From positions 992,001 to 1,056,000 of the forward strand of contig CAIIXF020000001.1 in assembly GCA_903813345.2 (NCBI GenBank): a stretch of 64,000 nucleotides of DNA, read 5' to 3'. The position numbers and the translations under genes were made by a program. Under the pieces are notes generated by a model. The model saw only the letters and a list, made by a program, of their open reading frames with translations. It did no database searches and had not been told where the DNA came from. The DNA comes from Owenia fusiformis. Lineage: Eukaryota. Below are positions 14,374-27,134 of this stretch, piece after piece; position 1 is the stretch's first letter, and every line of letters starts with the position of its first letter.

Positions 14374-14568
14374 GGTGGTGATATGTTTCTGAAGAAAGCT
14401 CTGCTCTCCGCATATGAAAAAGAATTAGAAAACTTAGAAGCTCTCGAGATGGACCTCAAAAAGAACATTGCATCAATCCTCAACAAAAAAGAGGAACTGC
14501 GCATGAGAAAGCGGCAGCCAATCCAATGCTTGATTAGTGCAGTATCTTGTTATGGCAAGAAGAAATAA
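14374..14568 (+). CDS. AstC: Terminal coding exon of an allatostatin-C/somatostatin-family neuropeptide precursor; predicted mature peptide pQPIQCLISAVSCY-amide with a disulfide ring
   Basis: Acceptor tttttcag at 14366-14373, phase 0. Reads GGDMFLKKALLSAYEKELENLEALEMDLKKNIASILNKKEELRM-RKR-QPIQCLISAVSCY-G-KKK-stop: helical propeptide, basic convertase site, N-terminal Gln, C-x6-C-aromatic ring, Gly amide donor plus basic residues. AATAAA at 14803-14808. The upstream signal-peptide exon was not identified. Confidence 0.85.
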   Translation, partial: GGDMFLKKALLSAYEKELENLEALEMDLKKNIASILNKKEELRMRKRQPIQCLISAVSCYGKKK

Positions 14569-15822
14569 ATCAGGACGGTGCCGACCATACATTATGGTGG
14601 AAACAAGAAAGGCAATACACGCCCTACGCCTTTACTAATATCAAACTGAACGCTGGCGTCTACGACTCTACATCTTTAAGCTTTGGGTTATGCCAACAAT
14701 TAAATTGAATATAATATGTGACCTGTAAAGATCAATGGCATTTTCAACTCATAAACGTGCTATTTGATTTTGTTATATTTGGAAACATTGGTGTATTGTT
14801 TAAATAAATAGAAATTTTAAAAATATACGAACCAACATCTCATTTTATTTTTTCGGTGGATAAGTGAATCGGTATATTTCAAAACAAGTATCGGTATAAA
14901 ATCATTTAATATTCATTAAAAGCTAGTCAATAATGCCTTCCGTGGAACATAAAAACCGTAACATTTTCAGTTGTTCCAGTTTCGAGTACGTGTTAACGCT
15001 ATGATATAACAGTTAGTACCCTGCGTGCAGAGTCTAGTTAAACTGAAGACGAAGCTCTCTTTTAAGAAGTGAAGTCAAACGAATGCAAAGGGTAAACAGT
15101 TAGGGTATGGCAACGTGAATTCTTCTTTGTTTTTGAAGTGATACTGTAACATTATTTAAGGGGGCCTTTAAGAGTTTATAAAAGAGCTTTAGATTTCCTT
15201 AATCTGATAGTAATACAGGCAGGGGTTGTTCTCGTAGCATGCAATTCACGTTAACGATAGATTATATTTTTGGATCATAGCGTTCACACATGATACAGAA
15301 ACTATTTATTAGGTTGAGGAATAAAGCAGATGCGAGTAGGTAGTTACCAGATTCACCACCAGGTGGCTCGTTCGGGTCAGATAGCATGGCGGGTATAGTA
15401 GAAAGTTCCCTTTAACTTAAATTACATCTATTTGCGTGGTTCAATTTTCATATAACCCTTATGTATCTAATAGTTATGCAAATCAAAATATGTCCAGTAA
15501 AGGAAAATGTTATCTGTCCAATACACGAGAAGATAATTCACTTTTTGTGATTTTGTAACATGGGGTCTATGGGGAATCAACCCGAACAAGAAGTCACATT
15601 TTCAAAAAAAATTAAATTTTCAAAGTTGATAGACAGTTTTCGAAACCATATTTCTAGATGTACTTTTACATGCAGATTTCAAATATGAGATCACTTTGAC
15701 TGAATTTTGAATATTTAATGACGTAAATCAAGATTATTTCTACTCGCATCTAGTCTATTGTCATAGAAGCTTAACATAGTCGAAACTTCAAAGCTGAATG
15801 TCCACGGTAAAGTATTTAATTC

Positions 15823-17872
15823 AAAAAAACACTTTCATACTTTGGATTTGGCCCCTCAATAATAAAATGGATTCAAACTTTTTACAAATCAATAGAAAGT
15901 TGCATCATGAACAATGGCTACTCATCAAACTACTTTTCTCTAGAAAGAGGAGTGAGGCAAGGGTGCCCACTTAGCCCTTACCTTTTCATAATTTGTGTTG
16001 AAATTCTAGGAACAAATATTCGCGTTAACAAGGACATAGAAGGAGTGAACATACCAGGAGAACAAGCAAAGATATCGCAATATGCGGATGACACATGCCT
16101 CTTGCTAAAAAACACCCAATCACTAAAAAAAAGCACTAGATATCTTTAAAACTTTCGGAGCTTGTTCCGGACTTAACATCAATGTCACCAAAACAGAAAT
16201 AGCAACAATTGGAAGCAACGTAGATCAAGACAAAACGGAAGAAGACTGTCACACCTTGAATCTTGCCATCAAGAGAGATGAAGTAAATGTTCTGGGAATT
16301 ACTATACCGCTGGACGGGAGAGATATTAACGATCTGAATTTTCCAAAAGCCATTCTGAGAATAAATAACATTATAAAAAGTTGGACCCCAAGGAACATAA
16401 CCATTATAGGAAAGATAGCTGTTACAAAGGCCCTGCTTATTGCACAGATTACATACATGTCCTCCATACTCAACCCACCAGAAAACACTATCAAGGAAAT
16501 TGAAGATATCCTCTTTAAATTCATTTGGAGCAATAAACCAGACAAAATTAAAAGAAGGGTCCTTATGAACTCATATGAAGAGGGAGGCCTCGAAATGATT
16601 CATATTAAAACATATATACGCAACTTAAACCTTAAATGGATCAAGAAACTAATGGATGAAATCTGTAAAGGGAAATGGAAAAACATATGGAAAAATTATA
16701 TCAAGAACTTAAATGAAGAAAAAATATGGGAGTATAATCTCAAAGAAGACAACAAAGAGATAAATAGGCTCCAACTGAATTCCTTAATGCACTGCTACAA
16801 AAACTGGTGTAACCTAAAGTTTGAATCAACAAGACAAATAAAATGCCCCAAAGAATCCAACATATGGAACAATGACTGTATAAAATCAGGTGGACAGGTG
16901 ATGAATTTCAAAACATGGCAAGAACATGGTATTCACACCATTCAAGATATATTCGATAAAGATAAACCAATGTCAAGAGAACAGATCATCAGAAAGTACA
17001 ACTTTCAAACCATATGTTTTCTGGATGTCATAAAAGTGACATCAGCAATACCAAAAGAATGGAAAGATCGAATGAAGGACAAAAGTACACAAGACTCGGA
17101 GCCAAGCATTAAGGAATGGTTCACAAAGTCACCAAACAAGATGACATACAAATACCTACTAAAAAAGAACAATATACTAAACCCAGCAATAACGACACAG
17201 GAGAAGTGGGAAGAAAAGCTACAAAACCGGAATATAACCTGGAAAAAAATATACCTAAACACAAGGAAACTAACAGTTAACATCAGACATATTTGTTTCC
17301 AATACAAGCTCATATCGAGAATCATATACTTCAACAAAGGCTTATTTGAAATGAAGATACCCAACGTATCTTCCCCAATCTGCGATCTGTGTAAGGAGGA
17401 ACTGGACACGATAGAACATGGATTATATGACTGCGTAGTTGTAAAAGAATTCCTAAAACAATGCAGCAGTATATTGAAAGAAGATATCCCGAAACGAGAT
17501 AGTTTTCTTCTTGGAACAAACAGCCAACCTGAAGACATCTTACTGCACCTGAAACAAAAAACATATATCTACAAGTGTAAAATGAAAAAGAACCGCCCCA
17601 ACATGACAGAATGGAGAAACTATGCAACAAATGATGAACTTATAGAAAGTACATGCGCAAAAAATAAAACACATGACATTCTATGGACAAAACTCAGGAT
17701 GTATACAAAAAAATGAAGAAAACTGAAGACCACTCACATTTTAAGCTATTTTTATTTTTCATATAATACTGGTGCCCCCGTACCATTCATAATCAATAAG
17801 TATTATGTATTTATATAAGTGACTAAGAAATCAAATATACTGTAAACAAAATGTTTTACTGTGAATAAATAA

Positions 17873-17903
<31 letters not shown>
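15823..17903 (+). mobile_element. 5'-truncated L1/Tx1-clade LINE retrotransposon (RT C-terminal half and Cys/His domain) with poly(A) tail and TSD
   Basis: RT motifs GVRQGCPLSPYLF and QYADD (about 16078-16092), ORF continuing to 17716 with CDLCKEELDTIEHGLYDC, AATAAA at 17864, A-tail 17880-17906. 14-bp TSD aaagtatttaattc at 15809-15822 and 17904-17917. One +1 frameshift in an A8 run at 16125-16132. Confidence 0.95.
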
Positions 17904-17906
<3 letters not shown>

Positions 17907-18549
17907 GTATTTAATTCGATGAAAATTAGAAATATAGAAGTCAACATTTCCAGGTATCGCCGCCATTTTGAGAGAAGGTAACGTTCGATACTGACTAGTG
18001 ATCGAGGTGATCATGGTAATAATAGTCAGTTTAAGCTTGTATATAAAATCGAAACGCCAACCTATACGTATGGCCAATTGTCCATACAAATGCATCGATT
18101 ATATATTGTCCGTTCACGTTAGGTTGTGAAAAACATTGCAAGCAGAAACTCCCTATTGTTGGTGTAACGCGAATAAACAAAAATGGTGAAGATGATCATG
18201 AGTTAGACACACATCCACAGCCTCACAAACATTCCGAGCCTTGACATCTACAAATATGCCTATACAGTAAAATATCTGATTTTGTAGCTTGTCTTCCACA
18301 ATACTATCATACTGAACATGCCATCTTTCACTATCAAAATCCTGAAAACGTATGTACATGTATATATAGTGACGAATAACCATATTGCTTCAATGTTTAG
18401 AAGTTCAGAAGTTCAGAATATAGATTTGGCTGCAAGGATCAAATTTTTAGAGGCAGACATTTTAGATAATGCAATAACAGACATTCCATTTGAATATGCA
18501 GATATCCATTGCAAGGGATTATCTCCAATCTTAGCAATGGTAAAGCAGC

Positions 18550-19950
18550 GGGTGTAGATCAGATACTATAGTACTATACCACATGAATTTATTATATACT
18601 CGAAAGATACTTTAATCAAACCAATATAATCCATCCATTCACCCTTATCAAAATGTATGAAACCATGCCAGATGAATGTAAATATGGCCTATTAATTGAA
18701 ACCCTTGCACAAAAGTGGTGATTTTGAAGATATTGATTCTTACAGATGGATAAACGATCACATCTTATGTTAACAAAGTCTTTTCGAGCCTCCTTAAGAA
18801 TTGAAATCATATTACCTTTAGGGGGAAACAATCACTTGGTAATTTCCAAGGTGCTTTAATATCGAAAAGGATATCCTTGTGAAATCATATCTTTTCACTA
18901 AATTTTTTTGTGGTATTCTCGAAAGCTCTCGATGTTTTGGATAGATACATGTATATGTTTTTTATAAAATTATGGAAAAGGGTGTACAAGGTATATGTTG
19001 GAGAAGTCATAGACACTTTTATTCCAATGTTCAAAACAAAGTTATTTTCGGTATTTTTGCACTGACTGGTTTGAGTCTAATGCTGGTGTCAAGCAAGGGT
19101 GCATTATCTCTCGAAATATCTTTTTAATTGTGATGTCAGACTTTGAAAATAGCCTAATGAATTAATGCGGAATTGATCTTTAAAGGAGCAAATTACATGT
19201 TTCCTATTTGCAGATATCATTGAATATGATTTGAAAATTCTTCTCCAAACTGAAAATAATTTTGGTATCAAATTAGAAAGAGACTCGCACCACATAACAA
19301 TTTTGTGATGGCACGTAAAATATATAATTATACCTCAGCAACTCTTACTGAACATTTCAATGTTAATCGCATTGAATGTGGAAACACAATATGCAAGTCA
19401 ATGCTCGAATCAGAGATACTTCCCAGTTGGCCAATTTGGTCTACCTTAACGAAGGAATCAAATAAAACCCTGAAGCCCAATTCGGTATTTAAAATGAAAA
19501 CTTGCCCAATCAGCCTTGATTGTACATATTGGCTGGAGGACCCTGTATAGAGGATTATGAAAAAACGCTTTATTGATTATTTTACGTATATTAAAACAAC
19601 GACTTCTATGGATTGAAAATTCAAATTCTTAGCAAGATGTAACAAATTTGCATTACTGAGTTATGAATCACAAAGCAAGACCGATGGAAAATGCATATTA
19701 TGTAGATATAATGTAGATGTCTCTGTTTAACATAGACTTGTAAAGTACTCTTTCTTAATAAAGTAGAAAGAACACATTTCTATTGTAAATTATTAGACAA
19801 ATGCATTGAGAATGTGTTAGATTACTTTACATAATGAACTTCAGAAAATAAAATTAATTTTATGTTTGGTGATGATGTTTGTAGCAATGGGAGCACGATC
19901 AATTTTGTTTTGTATGTGAACTATTAAATATTTTAACAAAGATGTTTAAA
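18550..19950 (+). mobile_element. Old, heavily degraded non-LTR retrotransposon (RT) fragment; boundaries approximate
   Basis: Broken translation around 18980-19220 gives GVQG..W...YSNVQNKV, TDWFESNAGVKQGCIIS and CFLFAD, i.e. RT motifs with frameshifts and stops. Confidence 0.6.
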
Positions 19951-20176
19951 CATCACTTATAGGAACTATTTGAGATATTTTGTACTATGTCCAGTAGAAG
20001 TGCATGTCTACATAAAAAATTACTGTATTTGGGATATTCAGGATGTAATGTGCCTTCCATAGTCCCCCCTTGTGAATTATTTCAGGGGTATGCTGTATCC
20101 CGGTCCCGCTCCTGAAATATTTTTTTCCTTTTTTTTTAAATTTTTTTTTCAAAGAACGAGTGTCTTTAAGACCCTA

Positions 20177-21312
20177 CAGGGTGTCCCGAAAGTATGCCCC
20201 CCCCCCTAGGCAGACATGTTCCATTGTCCCCATAGTATGTGTCATATATCGTTTTAAAGCTTATCCAAAGTTACATTGATTTGCCAAGTATCATGGTTTA
20301 ATTCCCAAATGGGAAAAAGTTACAGTCATTTTAAAAGTTAGCGTTTTGTCAAAATAAAGTTCAATTTTACACCACATTACTAGTCAATGAGTCCCCCATT
20401 GGCCATGTTAACAGCAGCAATTATTTTCAGTTATGACCTTAAACAGTGAAAGGCCCTTCAAATAGGGGTGTGGACTTTTATAACCCTCTTAAAACCTGTT
20501 AAGGCACATTAGAAGAGTTTCCTTAGATTTTCTACCCTCACCGCTCTCTTTTTCCAACTCAATATCCATCCGAAAAGAATTGCTGCTATTAAGATGGCCC
20601 GGGAGGACACATTGACTTTTGATTTGGTGGAAAATTGAACTTAATTTTGACCAAACACTAAATTTTGAAATGCCTGTAATTCTTTCACATTTGAGAGTTG
20701 AACCATGATACTTGGCGAATCAATGTAACTTTGTGTATCTCATACTTGAGTGGGTTTGGGGTAGATATCACCCGGGAATACATATCGTATCTGAGGAGCG
20801 GGCAGGATATATTGTATATGTCCCGCTCCAGGCCAAATGCGGGCAGATAAAATATATCCATCCCGCTCCCGGGAATTTTTCAAAAGTTTAAAAAAAGTTT
20901 AAATATCAAAAAAAATTTAATTTCAAAATTTAATTATTTTAAGTTTAAATGTTACAATTTCATTGTATTGAACAAAAAGAATATTACAAAAATGTTAAAT
21001 CATAAATATCTTGTCATTTGAAAAAGGTGGAAAAGGTTATATTTACCCTAAACCCACTCAAGTATGAGATACACCAGTTATGCACGGTCGGTTTGGATAC
21101 ATGGAATATCCCTTGGGATATACAATACATCTTCCCTCAGTCCCTTTGGTCCCTTGGGAAGATATATTGTATATCCCTCGGGATATTCCCTGTATCCAAA
21201 ACCTCCCAGTGCATAACCCCTATATACGCTTTAAAATGATATATGACACATACTATGACAATACTTGTATATGTCTGTCTAGGGGGGGGGGGCATACTTT
21301 CGGGACACCCTG
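20177..21312. mobile_element. Tc1/mariner-type foldback MITE carrying a nested insertion (20735-21222)
   Basis: TIRs cagggtgtcccgaaagtatg-polyC-tag.cagaca with TA TSD (20175-20176, 21313-21314). The inverted arms extend over 200 bp once the nested element is removed. Confidence 0.9.
20735..21222. mobile_element. About 490-bp non-autonomous element: IR-bounded body plus terminal hairpin module
   Basis: gtatctcatacttgagtggg...cccactcaagtatgagatac, followed by hairpin ttatgcacggtcggtttggatac...gtatccaaaacctcccagtgcataa. A near-identical inverted copy lies at 37375-37865. Confidence 0.85.
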
Positions 21313-22211
21313 TATACTAGCCCCCGCAAAATTTAGAAGAAATTGTACAGAATATCAAAGAAAGGACTTTGTTTGATAACCACGTTCAAAAATTCTGACC
21401 TTCATATTTCAAAATATAGGTCATTCTATCAACATGTATAAAATGACCTTTTGAAGGAAAAATCACTCTTTTTACATCATTATTCTCACTGTTTCTATTT
21501 ATCATCAAAATAATCATTATTTACAGTCATTCAAGACTTTCTAATTGATCCTCTTGGTATTATCCTACATAATAGTGACAAAGCATAATGGGCAACATTC
21601 GAAAACACATAAAATATAATAAGTCATAAATGCAAAAATACTGAAAAGTGATCTTCTTTATACTTTATTGAGATCAATTGTCTACAAAAAAGTTTGCAAA
21701 ATTGTGACAGAAAAGAATATTGAGTTTTTTAAATTACAACACAATGAGAAAGAACAAGGGACAACATTAAGAAACACATGAAGTAATTAACAAGTCAAAA
21801 ATGCATTTCAGTCAATTATATTATTGATCTGCTTTCTTGAGAGCAATTGGTCATATACAGTTTGCATTAAAGTGGAAGTGAAATACTGAATTCATTATTT
21901 CACATAAATTATGACAATTTCTAAATGGTTACTCTGGACTTTACATAACTGTTGTTCTTCTGTAGTTGAGCAAATGCATGTGTTTGTTCATTATAATAAG
22001 CGACTCTATGAGGTATCATCATCTTCTTCAGATGACAACATTTCAGACATATCTTTTGATTTTAATATGTCAAACTTTGTCCAGTTCTTTTTGCTTTTAT
22101 ACCCCTTGTGCCTACAGCCCTACTGTTTGTGACTTACAGTATATTTCTTCTGCACAATAAAGTTGAGCTGGATTTCTAAATATGAACATTGGTATGATCA
22201 GCCAGTGAACT

Positions 22212-22665
22212 GTGATAATAAAACAAAGATCTGTTTTAGCTAAATTTCGATCTGGCACTTTACCTTTAGAGATTGAAACGGGTAGGTGGCAGAATATACC
22301 AAGTCAAGAGAGATATTGTAGGCAATGTAAGAATGAAATAGGTGATGAGTTTCATTTTTTATTCAAGTGTAAAGTTAATCATAAATTAAGAGAGGAAATG
22401 TTTTGTAAAGTAAAAGGTATATATGATCTATTTGAGTCTTGTGATAATGATAAGAAAACAATGTACTTATTGAATTCTAAATCACTCTGTAAATATGTTT
22501 CAAATTTTTTGCTTTTGTCTTTGGAGGCTAAAGTTAGATTAAAGTAAGTGTTAATTCTGACTTATCTGCTTATAATATGATTGTAATTGTGTCTCATAAG
22601 CCTTTGGAGGCTGACCGTATAATTACGGGTGACACTGTAATAAATAAATAAATAAATAAATAATA
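22212..22665 (+). mobile_element. 3' end fragment of a non-LTR retrotransposon with (TAAA)n tail; clade uncertain (CR1/L2/RTE-X-like)
   Basis: ORF 22212-22547 LAKFRSGTLPLEIETGRW..ERYCRQCKNEIGDEFHFLFKC is a typical LINE ORF2 C-terminus. A short UTR follows, then (taaa)n at about 22639-22663. Confidence 0.85.
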
Positions 22666-23182
22666 TAAAAAAGTATTCATTGACAAAAATGACGCCTGTC
22701 ATATTAAGATTATTATAATTGTACAACAATCATCTCAATTTTGCATGTACATTTATATGAATGTATAGAAAGGAATTACATGTTATTATGTTTTTTAGAG
22801 CCATGGTAAAAATATATGCTTCTCTAGAGGTCATGCTTCAGTGCAACCATAACTATTAGTTCATAAAATGATAATATGAAATAAGAAAATATACTTGAAT
22901 ATATAAAACACAATTGTCACAATCATTCTAAGGATTTTCAAAATGGCTGACATCATTTTATTTCATGCTGAAAATTGCATAAAGGTTCTATTTTTGCATG
23001 ACGCCTGGTCCTTACCTAGATTTTTATACGTATATCTCAAGATGTACCTTAGAAGTAAACTATTCCCTACTACATATAACTTTCTAGGTAAGAACCAGAC
23101 GTTATATGAACAAAGCAAGAGTTTATCATGACCTTCCTCTCTCTAAAAATAAGTAGGTCAACACAATTGCAAACATAACTAT

Positions 23183-23563
23183 TTATCCTATGCCAAGTAG
23201 AATTTTAGGGAGATAAGAAGGTAAGATATATCCCGTATCCTGATTTTGAGGTTTCAATATCCAGAACCTCCATATCTCCCGCTTCGGTGCATATCTTCCC
23301 GCTTCGGTGCATATCTTCCCGCTTCCGGTAAGTAGTGGAAATGCAATAAAATGACTTTGCATATGAATGATTTGTTTATTTTTGCACCTTGTACTATTGA
23401 AATGGCCATATGCCCCTGAAAACTCTACTTGGTATAGGATAAAGCAGTTATGTACGGTCGGTTTGGATATTGGGTTCATCCCATCCCTACGGTCCCTCAG
23501 GTAGATATGCATATCTCCCTCTGGATAAATCCCATATCCAAAACCTCCCAGTACATAACCCTT
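23183..23563. mobile_element. Related IR-body plus hairpin element with a different body
   Basis: IR ttatcctatgccaagtaga / tctacttggtataggataa, internal 20-bp tandem (tcccgcttcggtgcatatct), then the same ttatgtacggtcggtttggata...tatccaaaacctcccagtacataaccc hairpin module. Confidence 0.7.
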
Positions 23564-24896
23564 ATTTATGTGTACAAAATATTAATCCAATGAGTGTATA
23601 GAGTGACACAATCAAACAATGGGACATCTGCCAAGTTGGGTTTATACATTCTTGAGATATTTTCTGAGACTGATAAAAAATTCACATTTTCACAGGAAGT
23701 GATACATACCTCCCAAATCAACCAAAATATACTTATATCAGTAATCTGGAATGTTTTTTATTGCTATTGCTCGAAAATTTACATATTTATCTACAATTTG
23801 ATCTTACATATCAAAGAAATTAACGACATTGCATTTTTCAAAAAATGTTAAGTGATCCCAGGGGTGTTTATAGCCATTCATTATATTTTCAAAATCTTTT
23901 TGTTAACAATTTGTAAACAATTTTTTTTTCACATTTTTTTCAATTATTTTTAAACATTTATTTTTTCTTTTTTTATTGAAAATCTCGCAAACGTTAAGGC
24001 CCAGAAAAAGCGTACTAAGTATGTTTTGGAATTTTGGATCTTTTCAAGGTATGATGTACCTAGAACCTCAGTAGGTATGAAATACATCTGTTACGGGCGG
24101 GCCCTCGGGAGATGCACATATTTCCCTTGGGATAAACCCTATATCCAAAACCTCCCAGTAAATATAACCCTTATATATTTCGAGAACACTACAAAAATAG
24201 ACACCAATATCCTCAGAATCAGTGTAGAATCATGTAGTACAAACAACTGACATAATGAGAATTTTGATAGACGGCAAAACCAAATTTACACTCCTATCTA
24301 TTCCGCTCACATCCCGTAATATTGTAATATTGGGCTATAGTCCTTGGTATAAAATTCTAGAACCTAATAAAACAGTTCGTGATTCATTACGACGTGTCGA
24401 TATTTAACCCGATATATTGTAACGCAATAAGTTATGCATCTCTAACTTATTTAATGAAATTACATTAGCAGCCGACATTGTCATTGTCATTGAGTATTTT
24501 TTTCTAAAAAGGACAATATGTTAATTAAACACATTAAAATTCAAATCGAAAATTCTTTAAGAATACTGCAGTTTAGTCTAGTAATATGCCATACAGTATG
24601 AGATCTACCCTGATTACTTCGAGACAAGGTATCAGGTTCATAAGTGACATCTATTTGAGCTATATTGTAATATCCATTGATTAAATTGTGAATTTGTAGA
24701 TCTAGAATCACTAAGAATCGACTGAAAACGAATAAAAGTTGCCCACATTTCAGCATGGCTACACCTCCGCCGGAAGCAGATATGGAAACAATTTTTGTTT
24801 TCTTTAGTTTATCACATATATCCATGAAACAACGCCCTGGTATTTCGAGATTTTGAAAAACAGATGAGGCCAGTAATTCAGCATTTTGTTGAAAGA

Positions 24897-25060
24897 AAAA
24901 GTGACCAATGAAAACTTAACACTATGCTCTGCACGGCCACAAATGCTTCTCATGGTTAATCTACACATAAAAGTGACCAGCGCCATGCCTAGCACCATGC
25001 TCTGCACGACCACAAATGTATTATATATCATGGTTAATTCACACATTAAAGTGACCCAGT
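24897..25060. repeat. Degenerate 70-80-bp tandem duplication (two units plus a fragment)
   Basis: aaagtgacc...atgctctgcacg.ccacaaatg...tcatggttaat..acacat occurs twice, then aaagtgacc again. Confidence 0.7.
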
Positions 25061-25423
25061 GAAGCTGAACATAACTTACTGCATATACACAATGTGACAT
25101 CAAAATGGCGATTGGTACTCATCCTTACCTTTAGGGTCTGGTGTAAAGGATCGCATGATATAACCAAGGATTGATCACCGGTATGCGTAGAAGGCTAATT
25201 ATGTCACAACATGGTATTCAAACTACATCCGGACGCGTCAATCTCTTATACAACGGGTAAGATCTATTGCAAAGGTGTACACCACGCTGTAAAAATGTTA
25301 AATATTTTACTCCAAAGGAAGGTATATGAGGTCAAAGCGCGAGTCTTAAATAATTGCATTTTCCAATGTAATTGATAAAATAAAGCGAAACACTTTTCTC
25401 GGGTACAAATAGACTGTGTTGTA

Positions 25424-25953
25424 CAGGGTGAGCCAAAAAAGGCAACCCAAACAAATGTTAATAACTTCGTCCTCCAACATTCATTTAAAATCATATTTGG
25501 CACAACTGAAACTTGTTCAATGTTCTTTTAAGGCCATTTTAAAAACATGCTCAAAATGCGAAAAATCACTTCCCAAAACGGTTATCTTTGAAGCTATTTC
25601 AAACCCCCGGGGCAGGGTAAAATTGAACCCCTCTTGGTACATCCTGGTTACACCCTAAGAGAAGCATTTGGGAATTGAAACAAGAGATAAGAAGGATGAT
25701 TAGAGATGTCTGTGACCAAGTAGTCAGAACAAATTCACCCGGTTCATTCAAATTAGCCTCCACAGTTGAGACATTTTGAGGATGTTTTGTAAAATAGCAA
25801 TAAATTAGTGGTCATTTAAAAATGGACCAATGAAACTTTATATAATGAAAGAACATTTAATGATGTTTAATTGTGCTAGATATCATTTAAGCCCTTCCGG
25901 GACAACTGAGTTATTAACATTTGTTTGAATTACCCTTTCTTTGGCTCACCCTG
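25424..25953. mobile_element. Tc1/mariner-type MITE
   Basis: TIRs cagggtgagccaaa.aa.gg.aa..caaacaaatgttaataac / gttattaacatttgtttg...tttggctcaccctg with TA TSD. Confidence 0.88.
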
Positions 25954-27134
25954 TACTATTGAACAATTGAGAGTGTCGGGCCAATTAAATGGATCCATGA
26001 TCTGGCGAAGTCATTAGATTTCAGGGTTAATTGGACGAATTTCAGTTTTATTTTATAGCAAGCCATGCTCTGAATCATAAATAAAAAAACACATTTGAAA
26101 ATGAGATTGAAACACAGAAAATTGTGAAGGAAGAATATTTGTCATTTGGGAAAAGCTTTGAGTGAATGCCCCACGTCTTGCATACAGGCATACGTATATA
26201 ACACAAAGTGCAAGACTCTTAACTGACGAGGCAAGATGGCAAATGGAAATATCAAATCTGATGATTATTTTTACGATACTCTTTGTCATAATTTCAAATC
26301 CTTTAACTTTATTTTACTCAAATTCCTGAATTATTTTTAGAATATTTCGTTTAATAGATGATTTTCATTTGAATCTTATCAAGAAACATCAATGCAATTC
26401 AAGATTGTGACAAAATTCCAAAACAGAAATGAAACATAAAATTCCAAAACATTAATAAAAAGCTTTCCTTGCGGAGGGAATTCTGTTCCTGATTTAAATC
26501 ATTTTCTTGCAAACCCATTGATTCACTTCTATAATTAAAGGTGTCAGTCTTACGACAATGTAGAAGAAAGATTTAGACTAAAATAAAGTGATATGTGAAA
26601 AATAAAAAAAACTATTCATGCATATATTCATATGGGAAGTTTTTAATACAAGGTTTATCTAAGCGAAATGCCATATATTTACCAGAGGGACAGTAGGGAC
26701 CGATCGGGGGTTGATGTATTGTATTTACAGAGCGAAATCCCTCGGATGATATCGATATTTATTATATTGATATCCTTGTGATATTCCCCATATCAAATCC
26801 CTCATTGTGAATAACTTATTTATATATTTTGGATTAGAATAGTGTGATTGCGTCTACCAATTAGACCTTGAAGAAAAACGATGTATCCATGCATTTTGAT
26901 ATCCGCGAGTGGCCGAGACGTCAGGCAATTTAAATGGCTTTCAAAGAAAACACAGACCCTTAGCTCGAACGTAATAAAGCTCAATTCAGGCCAGACATTC
27001 TTTCAAAATAATGCAGTTTTCACACTTCTTAGGAAAAAGAATTGAGACAGGCACCCACCTCGCCAAAATTGTACCCAAAGTTTTTATTCAAACGTTTTTT
27101 CAATTGCAATTGTGAAGTCGTATTCATCCCTCTC

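Noticed and set aside
17005-17630. Minus-strand ORFs of 177 and 99 aa
   Set aside because: Antisense shadows of the LINE ORF2.
21018-21376. ORFs duplicated at 37314-37579, suggesting a small gene family
   Set aside because: They lie within a palindromic dispersed repeat and have no protein-like features.
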